Assembly (NCBI GenBank): GCA_963737655.1
Contig: CAVTTN010000002.1
Coordinates: 2,496,001-2,560,000 of the forward strand
Origin: an uncultured Planctomycetota bacterium
Lineage (GTDB): Bacteria > Planctomycetota > Planctomycetia > Isosphaerales > Isosphaeraceae
DNA length: 64,000 nt
Reading direction: 5' to 3'
Shown: positions 30,210 through 39,176 of the stretch, piece after piece
Layout of the letters: each line of letters starts with the position of its first letter
Position numbering within the stretch: position 1 is the first letter of the stretch
Translations under genes and position numbers: made by a program
The notes under the pieces: model-generated
Databases searched by the model: none
What the model saw: the letters and a program-made list of their open reading frames with translations, nothing else
What the model was told of the DNA's origin: nothing

Positions 30210-31736
30210 TCAGGCGGTGGCGGCGGAGTCCCAGGTCTCCCACTGGAAGCCGTCCACGGCGTCCAGAGGGTTGGCCGGGTCGAGCGTTGGTGAGGCCGAC
30301 AGCGAGCTGGGATTGGAAGCGGTCAAGAGAGTCCCCTGGAGAGAGCCGACCTTCGAGGCGTCCTGATCCTCGGTCCTGGCTCCCCCCGAGGAGTTATCTC
30401 CCATCGCCGAGGCCGTGGTGGCGATCGCGTCCGAGGTCTCCGTGACCACGGTGGCGGCGGGAGGATCGGCCGGGGTCGGAGGGGTCGGATTGGGCGTCGG
30501 CGTCGGCGTCGGGTCGGGCGGGGTGACGACCACCGGGGCCGGCGTGGGCGGAGCGACCATCACCGGGGCGGGCGGCGGAGGAGTCACCACGACCGGGGCC
30601 GGCGGGGGCGTCGGCGGAGTGACCACGACCACGACCGGGGCCGGGGTCGGCGTCGGCGGAGTGACCACGACCGGGACCGGCGGCGGGGTCGCCACGGCCG
30701 CGGCAACCGGGGCCGGCGGCGGGGTGACCACGACCGGGGCGGGGGTCGGGGTCGGCATCGGGGTGACCACGACCGGGGTCGAGGCCGGCGGGGCCACGGG
30801 CGTCCCGCCGTTGGGGTCGAGCGGGCCGGTCAGGACGAAGTCGGCCTCGACGTTCTGGCCGCCGATCGTGACGCTCTGCGGGTTGTACAGCCGGCCGTTC
30901 TGCAGGATGGCGACCGTGTAATGGCCCGGGGCCAGGGCGACCTGGTAGCCCCCGGCGTCCCAGGTCCGCACGTCCTGGACCTTGCCGGAGTCGTCGGTGA
31001 TCCGCAGGGTCAGGTTGCCGACCCCTTCGCCGTCGTGATAGAGGCCGTCCCCGGCGTTGTCGTTGAAGACCACGCCCACCAGCATCGGCTTGTCGTCGGT
31101 GCTGGAGCCGAAGACCTGGGTGACGATCTCGGGGCCGAGCGGCTTGGTGTTGGTCGGGGTGATCGAGAGGCCCAGGTCGTGGAAGGCCGGGTCATAGATG
31201 TTGTCCAGGTGCCCGTGGGTGTTCGGGTCGGGCTGGCCCCAGTCGTAGAGGAACGCCTCCATCGCGTTCTTCACGCCGGTGGCGTAGGCGAAGATGTTTT
31301 CACGAGTCTTGGTCGGGTGGGTGAAGCCCGGGGACTCGCTGGCGACCCTCTGGTCGAGGGTCTGGTGCATCTTGCCGCTGGCGTCGGGCGTGCTCGGGCC
31401 GTCGTGGGTCTGCTGGCCGATGCTGGAGAGGTAATTGCCCTGCCACGCCGCGGCGTTGGAGAGGTCCGAGCTGAAGCTCAACGGGGCCACGGCCGGCTCG
31501 TTCGAGACGCGATCGCCGGCCGCGGTGCGATCCATGCTGTCATTCTGGAGGGTCTTGGCCAGGACCGGGTCGGTGTCGGAGGTGATGATCTGGGCCGCCT
31601 TGGCCGGGTTGGTCCGGGCGAGGTTGGTCCAGGCCCAGAGTTCGGTCACCGCGCCGGAAGGCCCGGCCGTCATCACCTCGCGGGATTCGAGTCGTTCAAT
31701 CCTCAGGTTCGTCCGCAGGGTTGGCCGCCGGGCCAT
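30210..31736 (-). CDS. secreted CAP (SCP) domain protein with LEPR-XLL leader, SdrD/Cna-B-like domain and Pro/Thr/Val-rich tail
   Basis: LRIERLESREVM leader; TNLAR, QTH, ENI, HGHLDNI; GVVFNDNAGDGLYHDGEG; PVVVTPP repeats; GGGAGG RBS. Confidence 0.82.
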   Translation of the reverse strand: MARRPTLRTNLRIERLESREVMTAGPSGAVTELWAWTNLARTNPAKAAQIITSDTDPVLAKTLQNDSMDRTAAGDRVSNEPAVAPLSFSSDLSNAAAWQGNYLSSIGQQTHDGPSTPDASGKMHQTLDQRVASESPGFTHPTKTRENIFAYATGVKNAMEAFLYDWGQPDPNTHGHLDNIYDPAFHDLGLSITPTNTKPLGPEIVTQVFGSSTDDKPMLVGVVFNDNAGDGLYHDGEGVGNLTLRITDDSGKVQDVRTWDAGGYQVALAPGHYTVAILQNGRLYNPQSVTIGGQNVEADFVLTGPLDPNGGTPVAPPASTPVVVTPMPTPTPAPVVVTPPPAPVAAAVATPPPVPVVVTPPTPTPAPVVVVVTPPTPPPAPVVVTPPPPAPVMVAPPTPAPVVVTPPDPTPTPTPNPTPPTPADPPAATVVTETSDAIATTASAMGDNSSGGARTEDQDASKVGSLQGTLLTASNPSSLSASPTLDPANPLDAVDGFQWETWDSAATA

Positions 31737-32175
31737 AGGAACCTCCCTGTGTATCGCGACGATCGCCGGGGGGAGCATGGCGATCGGCTCGGTTCGAGTG
31801 GGGTCGAGGCGACCGGCCGGCTTCGGCCGGGGCGCCATCTTGGGTAGGGGCGGCATGCCGAGGGGCGGTGGAGCGTCGTGCAGCAGGTTCGTTCGGCGTG
31901 ACGGGCCGAGGAAAAAGCAACGGGCGTGCCGCGATTTCCCCTCTCCGCGAAATGATCTGCCCACGAGGCGCAAGTCGATGCGCCGCCCCCTCTAGAATTT
32001 TCGTTGATCCCCACCACGACGATCGGCCGAACGCCGTCGCCGACGGTAGAATTCGCAAGGTCGTCAAGGCCAATCCCTGGGCGATTTTACAAGGGGGCCG
32101 AAATTACAACGGCGGCCCGACGCTCGCCACAGGCCCACGAAGGGCACCGAGGGAAACACCCAGGGAACCCTCGCG

Positions 32176-32205
32176 GGGTGGCATGCTTACGTCTTCGTAA
32201 GCATG
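32176..32205 (+). repeat. family B REP, solo
   Basis: GGGTGGCATGCTTACGTCTTCGTAAGCATG, identical to 5068-5097. Confidence 0.88.
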
Positions 32206-32291
32206 TCCTGGATTCGAGCCCGATATAATAGGAATTTAAGTATTTGAAAAGTCCATGTATATAAATATATTGAGTCCCGTAATCCCTGGAT

Positions 32292-32484
32292 GGCTCATGA
32301 TCCCGGATTGGTGCTTGCTCAACGACTCGTTCCCACGCTCGGCGTGGGAATGCCGTCTTCGACGCTCCGCGTCCCCTTGGTTCGTCGGCGTCCGCAGGCA
32401 CGCGGAGCGTGCAAGACGGCATTCCCACGCCGAGCGTGGGAACGAGGGATATCCGACCTTATCACCAATCCGGACTCATGAGCC
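32292..32484. mobile_element. 193-bp MITE with 22-bp TIRs and 9-bp TSD, carrying a family F hairpin doublet
   Basis: TIR GGCTCATGA(TC/GT)CCGGATTGGTG; TSD TCCCTGGAT at 32283-32291 and 32485-32493; internal CTCGTTCCCACGCTCGGCGTGGGAATG..CATTCCCACGCCGAGCGTGGGAACGAG. Confidence 0.92.
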
Positions 32485-33119
32485 TCCCTGGATTTCTTCG
32501 TGACTTCCCCCGTCCCCCTTGAGGGTTTGGGGGGAATCTCCCGATTTCTCGGCTCGGGAAGCCTGGGGCAATTTTCACTTTGGACGCCAACGCACGTAGA
32601 TACGCTATGAAAGTCAAATGTTATGAGTCAAAGAGATCGGCATTCCTGGTCCGCCCCGAAGTTGACGACACATTTCGCGCAAAAAGTGCGAAAAGGGCGG
32701 AAAAACCAGCCGATTCCCGCGCCAGTCACCGTTGCGCGAGCACGATTGGACACGTCAAGCACGTTTTGGTATTTGCCGCGCAAGCCCTTCCCCCTCAACG
32801 GGATACCGAACGCGGCCCCGCGACCCGATCGCTCCGAAATGCGCTCCCGGCGCGCGCATTTCGGCGCACCGAGACCAATCCACGATCATTCGTCCGTTCA
32901 CGAAGTCGCATGATGTTTCGGATCTCGGGTAACCCACGGCCCGGGGATTCCGCGATCGCCGGGCGTCGCGGTCGCGATGTATCGAGGGGACGGGTTGGCG
33001 CGGCCCTGGCTCGCGAGGCTGTCGTCTCGCTCCGCTCTGTCTTGCGGCCTCGGGGCCGACCCGATAGCCTGAAGGCCCGGGGGTCGGGCGGTCGGGGATC
33101 GATCTGGGAGACGTTCATC

Positions 33120-34957
33120 ATGGCGACGGCCGACGACGCGGCGGATCGGGTGGCGGCAGCGGAGAAATCCGGAGAGCTCTCGGCCTCGGCCGCGGCGGGC
33201 ATCCGCCGGTGGCTGACCGAGCCGCCGTTCGCCTCCTACCGCGATCGCCTCGTCGAGGACATCCACAACGGCCGGTGGAAGGCGCTCGACGACGCCTTCT
33301 ACGCCGTCCTGGAATTCGGCACCGGCGGCCGCCGGGGCAAGATGTACCCGGTCGGCACCAACGTCCTGAACGCCCGGACCATGGGCGAAAGCGCTCGGGG
33401 GCTGGCCGATTACGTCGCCTCGAAGAAGGGCCCGGACGCCGAGAAGTCGTGCGCCATCGCCCGCGACACCCGCCACAACTCCCCCGAATTCGCCCGGATC
33501 TGCGCCCGGGTCCTCGCCGCGGCCGGGTTCAAGGTCTATCTCTTCCCCGAATACCGCTCCACCCCCCTGCTCTCCTTCGCCGTCCGCTACCTGAAGTGCG
33601 ATTGCGGGATCATGATCACGGCCTCGCACAACGCGCCGTCGGACAATGGGTTCAAGTGCTACAACGCGGCCGGCGGCCAGGTGATCCCGCCCGACGACAC
33701 CGGCATCATCGCCTGCGTGAAGACCGCCTCCGACGGCGAGATCCCCGAGGCCGACTACGATCGGGCGGTCCGCGACGGCCAGATCGTCCTGGTGGGCAAG
33801 GAAGTCGATGACGCCTACGTCGCGGCCGTGGTCGCGCAGAGCGTCTCGGCCGACCGCGACCTGTCGATCGTCTACACCCCGATGCACGGCGTGGGCGAGA
33901 CCTCGGTGGCCGCCGCCCTCCTGGCCGACGGGTTCACGAAGCTGAACATTTTGGCGAGCCAACGCCATCCGGACGGCGATTTCCCCAACGTCCCCGGCCA
34001 CGTCTCCAACCCCGAGATCCCCAAGACGCTGGATGCCTCGATCGCCGAGGCGAAGGCGACGGGCGCCGAGCTCGTCCTGGCCAGCGACCCGGACGCCGAC
34101 CGGATCGGCGTCGGCCTGCCGGTCACGGGCGACCCCAAGGGGGACTGGACCACGCTCGACGGCAACCAGATCGGCGTGGCGATGGCCGCGTTCATCCTCC
34201 GCAAGACCAAAGCCGCCGGCAAGTTGCGCCCGAGCGACTATTTCGTCACCACCCTCGTCTCCACCCGGATGACCCGGGCGATCGCCGAGAAGGAAGGGAT
34301 CCAGGTCGAGGACGACCTGCTCGTCGGCTTCAAGTGGATCGCCGAACGGATCGACGAGACCGGCCCGAGCGATTTCCTGTTCGGGTTCGAGGAGTCGCAC
34401 GGGTATCTCAAGGGCACTCACGTCCGCGACAAGGATGCCGCCGTCGCCGCGATGATTTTCGCCGAGCTCGCCGCCTCGGCCAAGAAAGACGGCCTGACGG
34501 TCCTCCAGTACCTCGATGACCTCTACCTCGAATTCGGCCACTATGGCGAACGCCTGATCAACAAGACCATGGAAGGCCGCGAAGGGGCGGCGCAGATCAA
34601 GAAGCTCATGGCCGCGTTCCGCGACAACCCTCCCAAGGAGGTCGCGGGCCTGGCCGTGGCCGACGTTTACGACTACGGGACCCACGAGATCCGGGCGGCC
34701 GACGGCTCCAAGAAGCCCCTGCCGCGCCCTCGGGCGACCTGCTCATCTTCCACCTGGCCGAATCCGGGACCCGTTTCGCGGCAAGACCTTCGGGCACCGA
34801 GCCCAAGATCAAGTTCTACCTCTTCGCCCGGACCGACACCGCCGGGGCAACCCGCGAAACCCTGCCCGCCCTGAAGGCGAAGACCGAGGCCACGATCGAC
34901 CGGATCGCGGCCGACCTGGAAGCCTTCATCCGCTCGGCCGTCGGCGGCCCGGCCTGA
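33120..34957 (+). CDS. pgm: phosphoglucomutase/phosphomannomutase (one -1 frameshift at ~34728, probably a sequencing error)
   Basis: LEFGTGGRRG, ITASHN, DPDADR, FEESHGY, RDKDA. Adding one C gives SGDLLIF..RPSGTEPKIKFY through to TGA 34957. Confidence 0.9.
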
Positions 34958-34994
34958 GGGTCCCCTTCATCCCTGCAAGGCCCCGGAGGCCACG

Positions 34995-35619
34995 ATGCCT
35001 TTTCGCCTCCTACGCCTCGGCGGCCGACGTGGCCCGGGCCCACGGCATCCAGTGGCGGCGGACCGAGTTCATCGAGCCGGTCCCATTCGCTCTGGGCGAA
35101 CATTTCCGATCCGAATGGGATTTTTCGCTTCATGAAATCCCGTTCGAGCGGTCCGAGGCGTCGGTCTGCGAGAACCTGGTCTATCCGATGCACCGGGAAG
35201 TCTGGAAGCCGCATCGGGATGCGTTGACCCTCTGGAGCCAGGAGCCCCTGGTCCTGGACGCGGACCTGAGCGGGGTTCCGGATTACGTCGTGTCGAGGCG
35301 GTCGCCGCTCGGGCCGTTCGTCCCCGATCAGCCGTTCTTCCCGGTGGTCGAGGCCAAGAGGGACGACGTCGTCCGGGGCTGGGGCCAGTGCCTGGCCGCG
35401 ATGAGGGCCGCCCAGAAGCTCAGCGGCCTTCGCGACGGGACATTCTTCGGGGCGACGGCCAGCGGCCGGGCCTGGGAATTCGGCCAGATCTCGGGCGACC
35501 GCTTCACCCAGGACCCCCGGCCGTTCCCCTCGGCCGAGGTCGAGCGCGTCGCGTCCGCATTGAACTTCGTGGTCCGCCGGTGTCGGGGACAGGCCCTCGC
35601 CGAACCCGTCCTCGCTTGA
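34995..35619 (+). CDS. PD-(D/E)XK-like hypothetical protein (HSDR_N-like; +1 frameshift in T-run ~35000)
   Basis: GGAGG RBS then ATG 34995. Removing one T gives MPFASYASAADVARAH... Motifs LSGVPDY, VVEAKRDD, GWGQCLAAM. Confidence 0.68.
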
Positions 35620-35698
35620 CCGGGCACGGCCCCGGGCCCCAGAATTGAAGAGAAGATCGAGGAGATCGACCGCCCGTCCAACGGATTGAACCTGCGTC

Positions 35699-37036
35699 AT
35701 GGCCAGCACCGACGACCCGGCCCAGGCCACCCTCGGCCCCTCCGAAAAAGTCCGCAGCTTCCCCACCTCGCCCGGCGTGTACCTGATGAAGGACGCCCAG
35801 GGCCGGGTCGTCTACATCGGCAAGGCCAAGAACCTCCGAAGCCGCGCCGGCTCCTACTTCCAGAAGACCGCCGAGGCGGACCCCCGGATCAAGGACTGGA
35901 TCGGCGAGGTCGTCGACATCGACTTCCTCCCGGCCGACAGCGAGGTCGATGCCCTGTTGATGGAAGCCCGGCTGATCAAGGACATCCAGCCCAAGCACAA
36001 CGCCGACCTCAAGGACGACAAGAGCTTCCCGTATCTCCAAATCACGACGGGCGAAGACTTTCCGCGAGTGAACTTCACCCGCGAACCTCTGGACCGAGGC
36101 GTGAAGCTCTATGGGCCGTTCCCCCGGGCCAAGAGCCTCCGGGGGGCGATCCAGGTCCTTCAAAAAATCTTCAAATTCCGCACCTGCTCGCTCGACATCG
36201 ACGCCGACGACCCCCGATGGCGATGGTTCCGGCCCTGCCTGCTCGCCTCCATCGACCAATGCACGGCCCCATGCAACCTGAGGATCGATCGCGAGGCGTA
36301 CCGGAAGGACATCCGCCGGTTGAGGCTGTTCCTCGACGGCAAGAAGGAGGCCGTCCTCTCCGAGATGGAAGAGGAGATGAAGGAGGCGAGCCGGAACCTC
36401 CAGTTCGAGAAGGCGGCGAGGCTCCGCGACGAGCTGAAGTCCTTGAAAAACCTGAACTTGCGCGGCAATCTCGCCGACCATGCCCAGCCCGAGGTCTTCT
36501 ACCAGGACCCGAAGCGCGGCCTCCGGGGGCTGCAAAAGGTGCTCAAGCTCGAATCGATGCCCCGGACGATCCACGGCGTCGATATCGCCCACCTCGGCGG
36601 GACCGAGACCGTCGGCTCCCTCGTCACGTTCATCGACGGCCTGCCGTTCAAGCCGGGCTATCGCAAGTACAAGATCAAGAGCGTGGCCGGCGTGGATGAT
36701 TACGCGTCGATCCGCGAGGTCGTGAGCCGGCGAATCCAGGGGCTCCAGGAGCGCGACGAGCCGTTCCCGGACATCTGGATGATCGACGGAGGGAAAGGCC
36801 AGCTCAACGCCGCGCTCTCGGCCTTCGAGGCGCTGAAGGTCCAGCCGCCGACCCTGATCTCCCTGGCGAAGCAGGAGGAGGAAATTTATGTTCCGGGTCG
36901 TTCCGATCCGATCGTTTTGAGCCGCCGGTCGTTCGCGCTCCGGCTCCTCCAGTACGTCCGGGACGAGTCCCACCGGTTCGCCCAGCACTATCACCACATG
37001 CTCCGCAAGAAGAGGACGCTGGGCGAGGGGGGCTGA
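35699..37036 (+). CDS. uvrC: excinuclease ABC subunit C, short form
   Basis: PGVYLM..YIGKAKNLR GIY-YIG, KDDKSFPY, Cys cluster, FEKAARLRD UVR, DIAH, DDYAS, IDGGKGQL, RDESHRFA. Confidence 0.93.
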   Translation: MASTDDPAQATLGPSEKVRSFPTSPGVYLMKDAQGRVVYIGKAKNLRSRAGSYFQKTAEADPRIKDWIGEVVDIDFLPADSEVDALLMEARLIKDIQPKHNADLKDDKSFPYLQITTGEDFPRVNFTREPLDRGVKLYGPFPRAKSLRGAIQVLQKIFKFRTCSLDIDADDPRWRWFRPCLLASIDQCTAPCNLRIDREAYRKDIRRLRLFLDGKKEAVLSEMEEEMKEASRNLQFEKAARLRDELKSLKNLNLRGNLADHAQPEVFYQDPKRGLRGLQKVLKLESMPRTIHGVDIAHLGGTETVGSLVTFIDGLPFKPGYRKYKIKSVAGVDDYASIREVVSRRIQGLQERDEPFPDIWMIDGGKGQLNAALSAFEALKVQPPTLISLAKQEEEIYVPGRSDPIVLSRRSFALRLLQYVRDESHRFAQHYHHMLRKKRTLGEGG

Positions 37037-37079
37037 AGTTGGCTTCAGGATTCGTCTTACGGCAGATCGCGCCCTTCGT

Positions 37080-37138
37080 GTAGGGCAGGCCTCGGCCTGC
37101 CGGGATTGGCCGGATCGGCAGGCCGAGGCCTGCCCTAC
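37080..37138. repeat. family C GTAG REP inverted doublet
   Basis: Arms identical to 25564-25623, different spacer. Confidence 0.9.
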
Positions 37139-37190
37139 GAAGAACCGTCGTGCGCCATCCGAGCTGGGACGGAGACGCGGAGGATCGACG

Positions 37191-37811
37191 ATGAAGGCCA
37201 GGAACCTCTCGATCGCGGGGCTGATGGCCGGCGTGGCCGGCGTGGCGGTCGCCTCGGCGGCGCTTCGGAATGCCTCGGCCATGTGGGCGAGTGCCCTGTT
37301 CTCGCTCGACCTGGCCCTTGTGGCCTCGGGGATCGTCCTGGCGGTCGTGAGGACCGGCCGAAGCCGGGGGTTCTGGCTGGGGCTGGTCGTGTTTGCCGGC
37401 GGCTATCTCGCGATCGTCTTCGGGGTCCTGTCCCACCGCCACGGCACCGCCCCGCCGCCGTTGATCACGAAACCGCTGGTCGATTCCGCCGAATTGCGGA
37501 TCTACGACACCCCGGAGCGTGATGTTTACGAGGGGAACCTCCCGGGCGAGAGCCTCGAACCCCCCCGGCTGACGTTCCAGTCCGGCGCTCACCGGATCAT
37601 CAACGGCAGTCGGGGAGACGGTACGCAGGGACAGCTCTTTTTCAAGCCGTCGTCGAGAGCGGGCCTCCCCGCGAACGCGACGACGCCGATCGTCGATGCC
37701 CACCAGTTCCGCCGGGTCGCCCACGCCTTGCTCGCCCTCTTCTCGGGGCTGATCGGCGGCCTGATCGGCCGATCCGGGGCGAGGCCCGGTCAGACCGCCA
37801 CCCAGACCTGA
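37191..37811 (+). CDS. hypothetical membrane protein
   Basis: GGAGG RBS; LSIAGLMAGVA N-terminus; about four TMs. Confidence 0.7.
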   Translation: MKARNLSIAGLMAGVAGVAVASAALRNASAMWASALFSLDLALVASGIVLAVVRTGRSRGFWLGLVVFAGGYLAIVFGVLSHRHGTAPPPLITKPLVDSAELRIYDTPERDVYEGNLPGESLEPPRLTFQSGAHRIINGSRGDGTQGQLFFKPSSRAGLPANATTPIVDAHQFRRVAHALLALFSGLIGGLIGRSGARPGQTATQT

Positions 37812-38098
37812 CCGTCCTCGCGGACCTCGCAGGCGAACCGATGGAGCGACTCCCCCCGGACCGTCGTGCATCGGCCCGTGGAGAGCTTGAACCTCCATTG
37901 ATGCAACGGGCAGACCGCCTCGCCGTCGTCGATCCATCCGCTGCCCATCGGCCCGTTGGCGTGGGGGCATCGGCCCAGGAGGGCGAAGAACTCGCCGCGG
38001 TCGTTGAAGATCGCCAGGCGGAGGCCGTCGATCTCGACCGCACGGCCCCGGCCCTCGGCCACCTCGTCCGCCCGGCAGGCCGGGGTGAATTCCGCCAT
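37790..38098 (-). CDS. Rieske [2Fe-2S] ferredoxin (NirD-like)
   Basis: CPH..CPLH Rieske motif, 102 aa. Confidence 0.9.
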   Translation of the reverse strand: MAEFTPACRADEVAEGRGRAVEIDGLRLAIFNDRGEFFALLGRCPHANGPMGSGWIDDGEAVCPLHQWRFKLSTGRCTTVRGESLHRFACEVREDGQVWVAV

Positions 38099-38225
38099 CG
38101 CTGAGGATCTCCGAGGAATCTCGGGGAACGAAGAAATTCGGACTTGCATCTCGTGGCGGCGGTTGGGTAAATTACAAACGCGCCGAGTGCCCGTCGGCCG
38201 ACCCCCTGGGATGCAACCCCTCGCG

Positions 38226-39152
38226 ATGATGAATCGCCGCCGCGCCCTGGCCGCCTTCGGTTCTCTGGCCGCCCTCCCGGTCTCGGGATGCGGGGCGGGC
38301 GGGTCGTCGACGCCGGACCTGGTCTGGGGCATCCATGGGACCAGGGACGGCTGGCTCCACAAGCCCCGGGTCGCCGCGTTCGACTCCCAGGACCAACTCT
38401 ACATCGCCGACCTCACGGACCGCATCCAGGTCTTCGACCGGGACGGGAAGTTCCTCCGGGCCTGGCGGACGCCGTCGCTCAACATCGACGGCCCGAACGG
38501 CCTGACCGTCGATCGGTTCAACCGGGTCCTCGTGGCCGACACCCATTTCTACCGGGTCCTGGTCTACGACCGCTACGGGAGCCTGATGTTCCAGGTCGGC
38601 GACGGGATCCAGGGCGAGGAGCCGGGCCGGTTCACCTATCCGACCGACGCCGTGATCGACTCCCGGGGGAATTTCCTCGTGAGCGACTACGGCAACACGG
38701 ACCGGATCCTCGTGTTCAGCCCCGAGGGGAAATTCCTCCGCGAGTGGGGCGGCCACGGCTACGAGCCGGGCGAGTTCCTCCGCCCCCGGGCGATCGCGAT
38801 CGACGCGAAGGACCGGCTCTACGTCGCCGATAGCTGCAACCATCGCATCCAGATCTTCGACACGAACGGGAAGGTCCTCCAGATCATCGGCGGGACTCGC
38901 GGCGTGAAGATGGGCGAGATGGCGTTCCCGTATGACGTGGCCCTGGGCCGCGACGGCTCGATCTTCGCGGTCGAATACGGCAACAGCCGGGTCCAGAAGT
39001 TCTCGGCCGACGGCCGGTCCCTGGGGGTCTGGGGCGGCCACGGGCGCGACCCGGGCCGGATGAACAACCCGTGGGCCCTCGCCGTCGATAGCCGGGGGGC
39101 GGTGTCGGTGATCGACTCGAACAACCACCGGGTCCAGCGGTTTCGGCTCTGA
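38226..39152 (+). CDS. NHL-repeat beta-propeller, putative Tat lipoprotein
   Basis: NRRRAL..VSGC signal; about six repeats of P.G(L/I)A.D...(L/I)Y(V/I)AD..N.R(I/V)Q.F. Confidence 0.88.
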   Translation: MMNRRRALAAFGSLAALPVSGCGAGGSSTPDLVWGIHGTRDGWLHKPRVAAFDSQDQLYIADLTDRIQVFDRDGKFLRAWRTPSLNIDGPNGLTVDRFNRVLVADTHFYRVLVYDRYGSLMFQVGDGIQGEEPGRFTYPTDAVIDSRGNFLVSDYGNTDRILVFSPEGKFLREWGGHGYEPGEFLRPRAIAIDAKDRLYVADSCNHRIQIFDTNGKVLQIIGGTRGVKMGEMAFPYDVALGRDGSIFAVEYGNSRVQKFSADGRSLGVWGGHGRDPGRMNNPWALAVDSRGAVSVIDSNNHRVQRFRL

Positions 39153-39176
39153 TCGGGCCGTCAGGAGAGCGTTCCG

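Noticed and set aside
30470..30800. Tandem GTGACCACGACCGG-like repeats
   Set aside because: Simply encode the PVVVTPP low-complexity linker of the CAP protein.
32206..32900. Possible oriC or dif site
   Set aside because: No TTATCCACA boxes or convincing dif consensus seen, and no replication genes adjacent.
32580..33119. 180-aa N-terminal extension of the phosphosugar mutase
   Set aside because: Atypical composition and codon usage; family similarity starts at ATG 33120.
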